64,000 nt of DNA, from the NCBI RefSeq assembly GCF_009834535.1, contig NC_045697.1, positions 71,240,001-71,304,000 of the forward strand. The letters are read 5' to 3'. The notes beneath the pieces are model-generated. The model saw nothing but the letters and a program-made list of their open reading frames with translations. It made no database searches and was not told the origin of the DNA. The position numbers and the translations under genes are program-made. Shown piece after piece: positions 62,360 to 64,000 of this stretch (positions within the stretch are counted from its first letter, which is position 1; every line of letters starts with the position of its first letter). The stretch is from Camelus ferus (lineage: Eukaryota).

Positions 62360-64000
62360 TTTTTTTTAAAAAGCTAATGACATATAACATACTAACAGAA
62401 AAAGTGAAAAAGTCTTAAATGTATAGTTTAATGAATTATTGCAAAGTAAACACACTTGTGTAATCTTGACAGACACAAGAAATATAACATTACCAGTATC
62501 CCGGAATCACCCATTCTCCATCTTGGACCCCTTCCCGATGATTAAGCCCTTTCTTCTCCCTAAAGGTAGCCAATCTTAGAGTTTATAATACCATAGATAA
62601 GTTGGGGTGTTTTTTGCCAGTTTGAGGTTTATGAAAGTGGAATCAAATAATATTAACATGATGTATCTGCCTTCTTTCACTCAACTCGCCTGTTTTGTGT
62701 GTGTAACTATTTTTTAAATTTTCATTGCTGAATATTATTACTATGTATGTATATTTATTTAAATATTTTATTGTTGATGAACATTTTGGTTATTTCTAGT
62801 TTTGGACTTTTACCAATAATGCTGCAGTGAATACTACTGAACTTTCCATTTGTGCATATGTGTTCATTTCTTTCGGATATAATACATAGGAGTTATATTT
62901 CAAGATTATGAAGTATGCTTATGATCATCTTGAGTAAATACTGGTAAACAGTTTTCCAAAGTGCTGTAACAATTTACACTCCACTCCCCAGAAATTGATA
63001 GTAGCTCTTGTTGTTCCATGCTCTTACCAATACTTGTTTTTCTCTGTTTTGTTTTTGTTTTTACCATTCTGGTGGCATACCACTACACACCTCCCAAATT
63101 TATGTCTTTATCTTCCATTTCCCTGATATGTAATGATAAAGAGCACATTTTCATAGATTTTTTTGCCTATTTTGATACTCTTTTTTTGTGAGTGACTTTT
63201 CAAGTCTATTGCCATATAGACTTGTCTTTTTCTCAATGATCTTTAGAACTTCTCTCTATATCTTGGATACCAGCCTGTTTTTCGGTTGTTATCTTCTCTT
63301 CCTCTGTAACTTGCCTTCTTTGCTGTCTTAATGGCACCTTTTGATAAAGCACATTTCATGTTTTCAGAAATCTTTGCCACTTCCACAGTTATAAAGATAT
63401 TCTCTTTGTTATCTTCTAGATTTTTTTACATTTCACATTTTGTTCTATACTCCTTCTGGAACTGGTGGTGATAAGCTTTATTTTTTCCATATGGATATCC
63501 AATTAACATAACACTATTTATTGAAAAGACTGCCCTTTGCCACTGTTCTGAAGCACCACATTAGACATAAATCAAGTATACATATATGTACAGATCCATT
63601 TCTGAACACTGTATTCTGATCCATTAGTCTATTCATCTATTCTTGCACCCAATACTGCACTTTATTGTTGTAGTTCTTTAGACATTGAGTTAGAAATTCA
63701 AAATTATTTTGACATTGAATAAAACAGATTGCCCCAACTTGTTCTTCTTTGAGGTTGCCTTCGTTAATAGCATTTCACTACATATTTCTACCAAAAGTCC
63801 ACTGGGATTTTAATTAGGATTGCATTTGATTTTTAGATTGATTTTTGTTAAAATCTTTATAATACTGAGTCCTTCAATCCATGAACATGGTATATTTCTC
63901 CATTTATTTAGGCCTTTAATTTCTGTCAGTATTGCTTAAAATTTGGGGGGAAGAGAATTTGTGTATATTTCCTTAGATTTTTAAAAACTAGATGTTAGAA
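62360..64000 (-). mobile_element. Old L1M (L1MC/L1ME-type), antisense, running off the window end
   Basis: aaagtcttaaatgtatagttt..., ttttccatatggatatccaatt...ttattgaaaagact..., aatactgagtccttcaatccatgaacatggtat. Confidence 0.82.

Noticed and set aside
1..64000. CRISPR arrays, operons, tRNA/rRNA genes, intact transposase or reverse transcriptase ORFs
   Set aside because: None seen. This is mammalian intron, promoter and intergenic DNA, and the ORF track is mostly chance ORFs, many with non-ATG starts.

Overview
Mammalian genomic DNA: AT-rich, CpG-depleted, rich in MIR, L2, L3, L1, MaLR/ERVL LTR and hAT remnants. The young L1 3' ends look cetartiodactyl, and I saw no ruminant, pig, carnivore or primate SINEs, so a camelid is my best guess (inference). 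The only confident coding feature is the first coding exon of PPP3CA (calcineurin A alpha) on the minus strand: 49076-49019, MSEPKAIDPKLSTTDRVVK, then an AAG|GTAAGC donor. It sits in a ~3 kb CpG island. Positions 1-49018 are intron 1 (I did not find exon 2), and beyond ~51 kb is repeat-rich upstream DNA. I found no clear-cut novel gene system. The best leads are regulatory hypotheses: (i) a perfect upstream donor with an in-phase ATG, suggesting an alternative first exon and N-terminus; (ii) a long leader whose only AUG is an AUG-UGA start-stop, with CGG/CAG tracts, near-cognate uORFs and an AATAAA cluster; (iii) a well-formed 115-nt candidate poison exon in intron 1; (iv) an intronic CpG patch with an AP-1 cluster and an 80-bp duplication. 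Repeat family names and boundaries were called by eye and are approximate.
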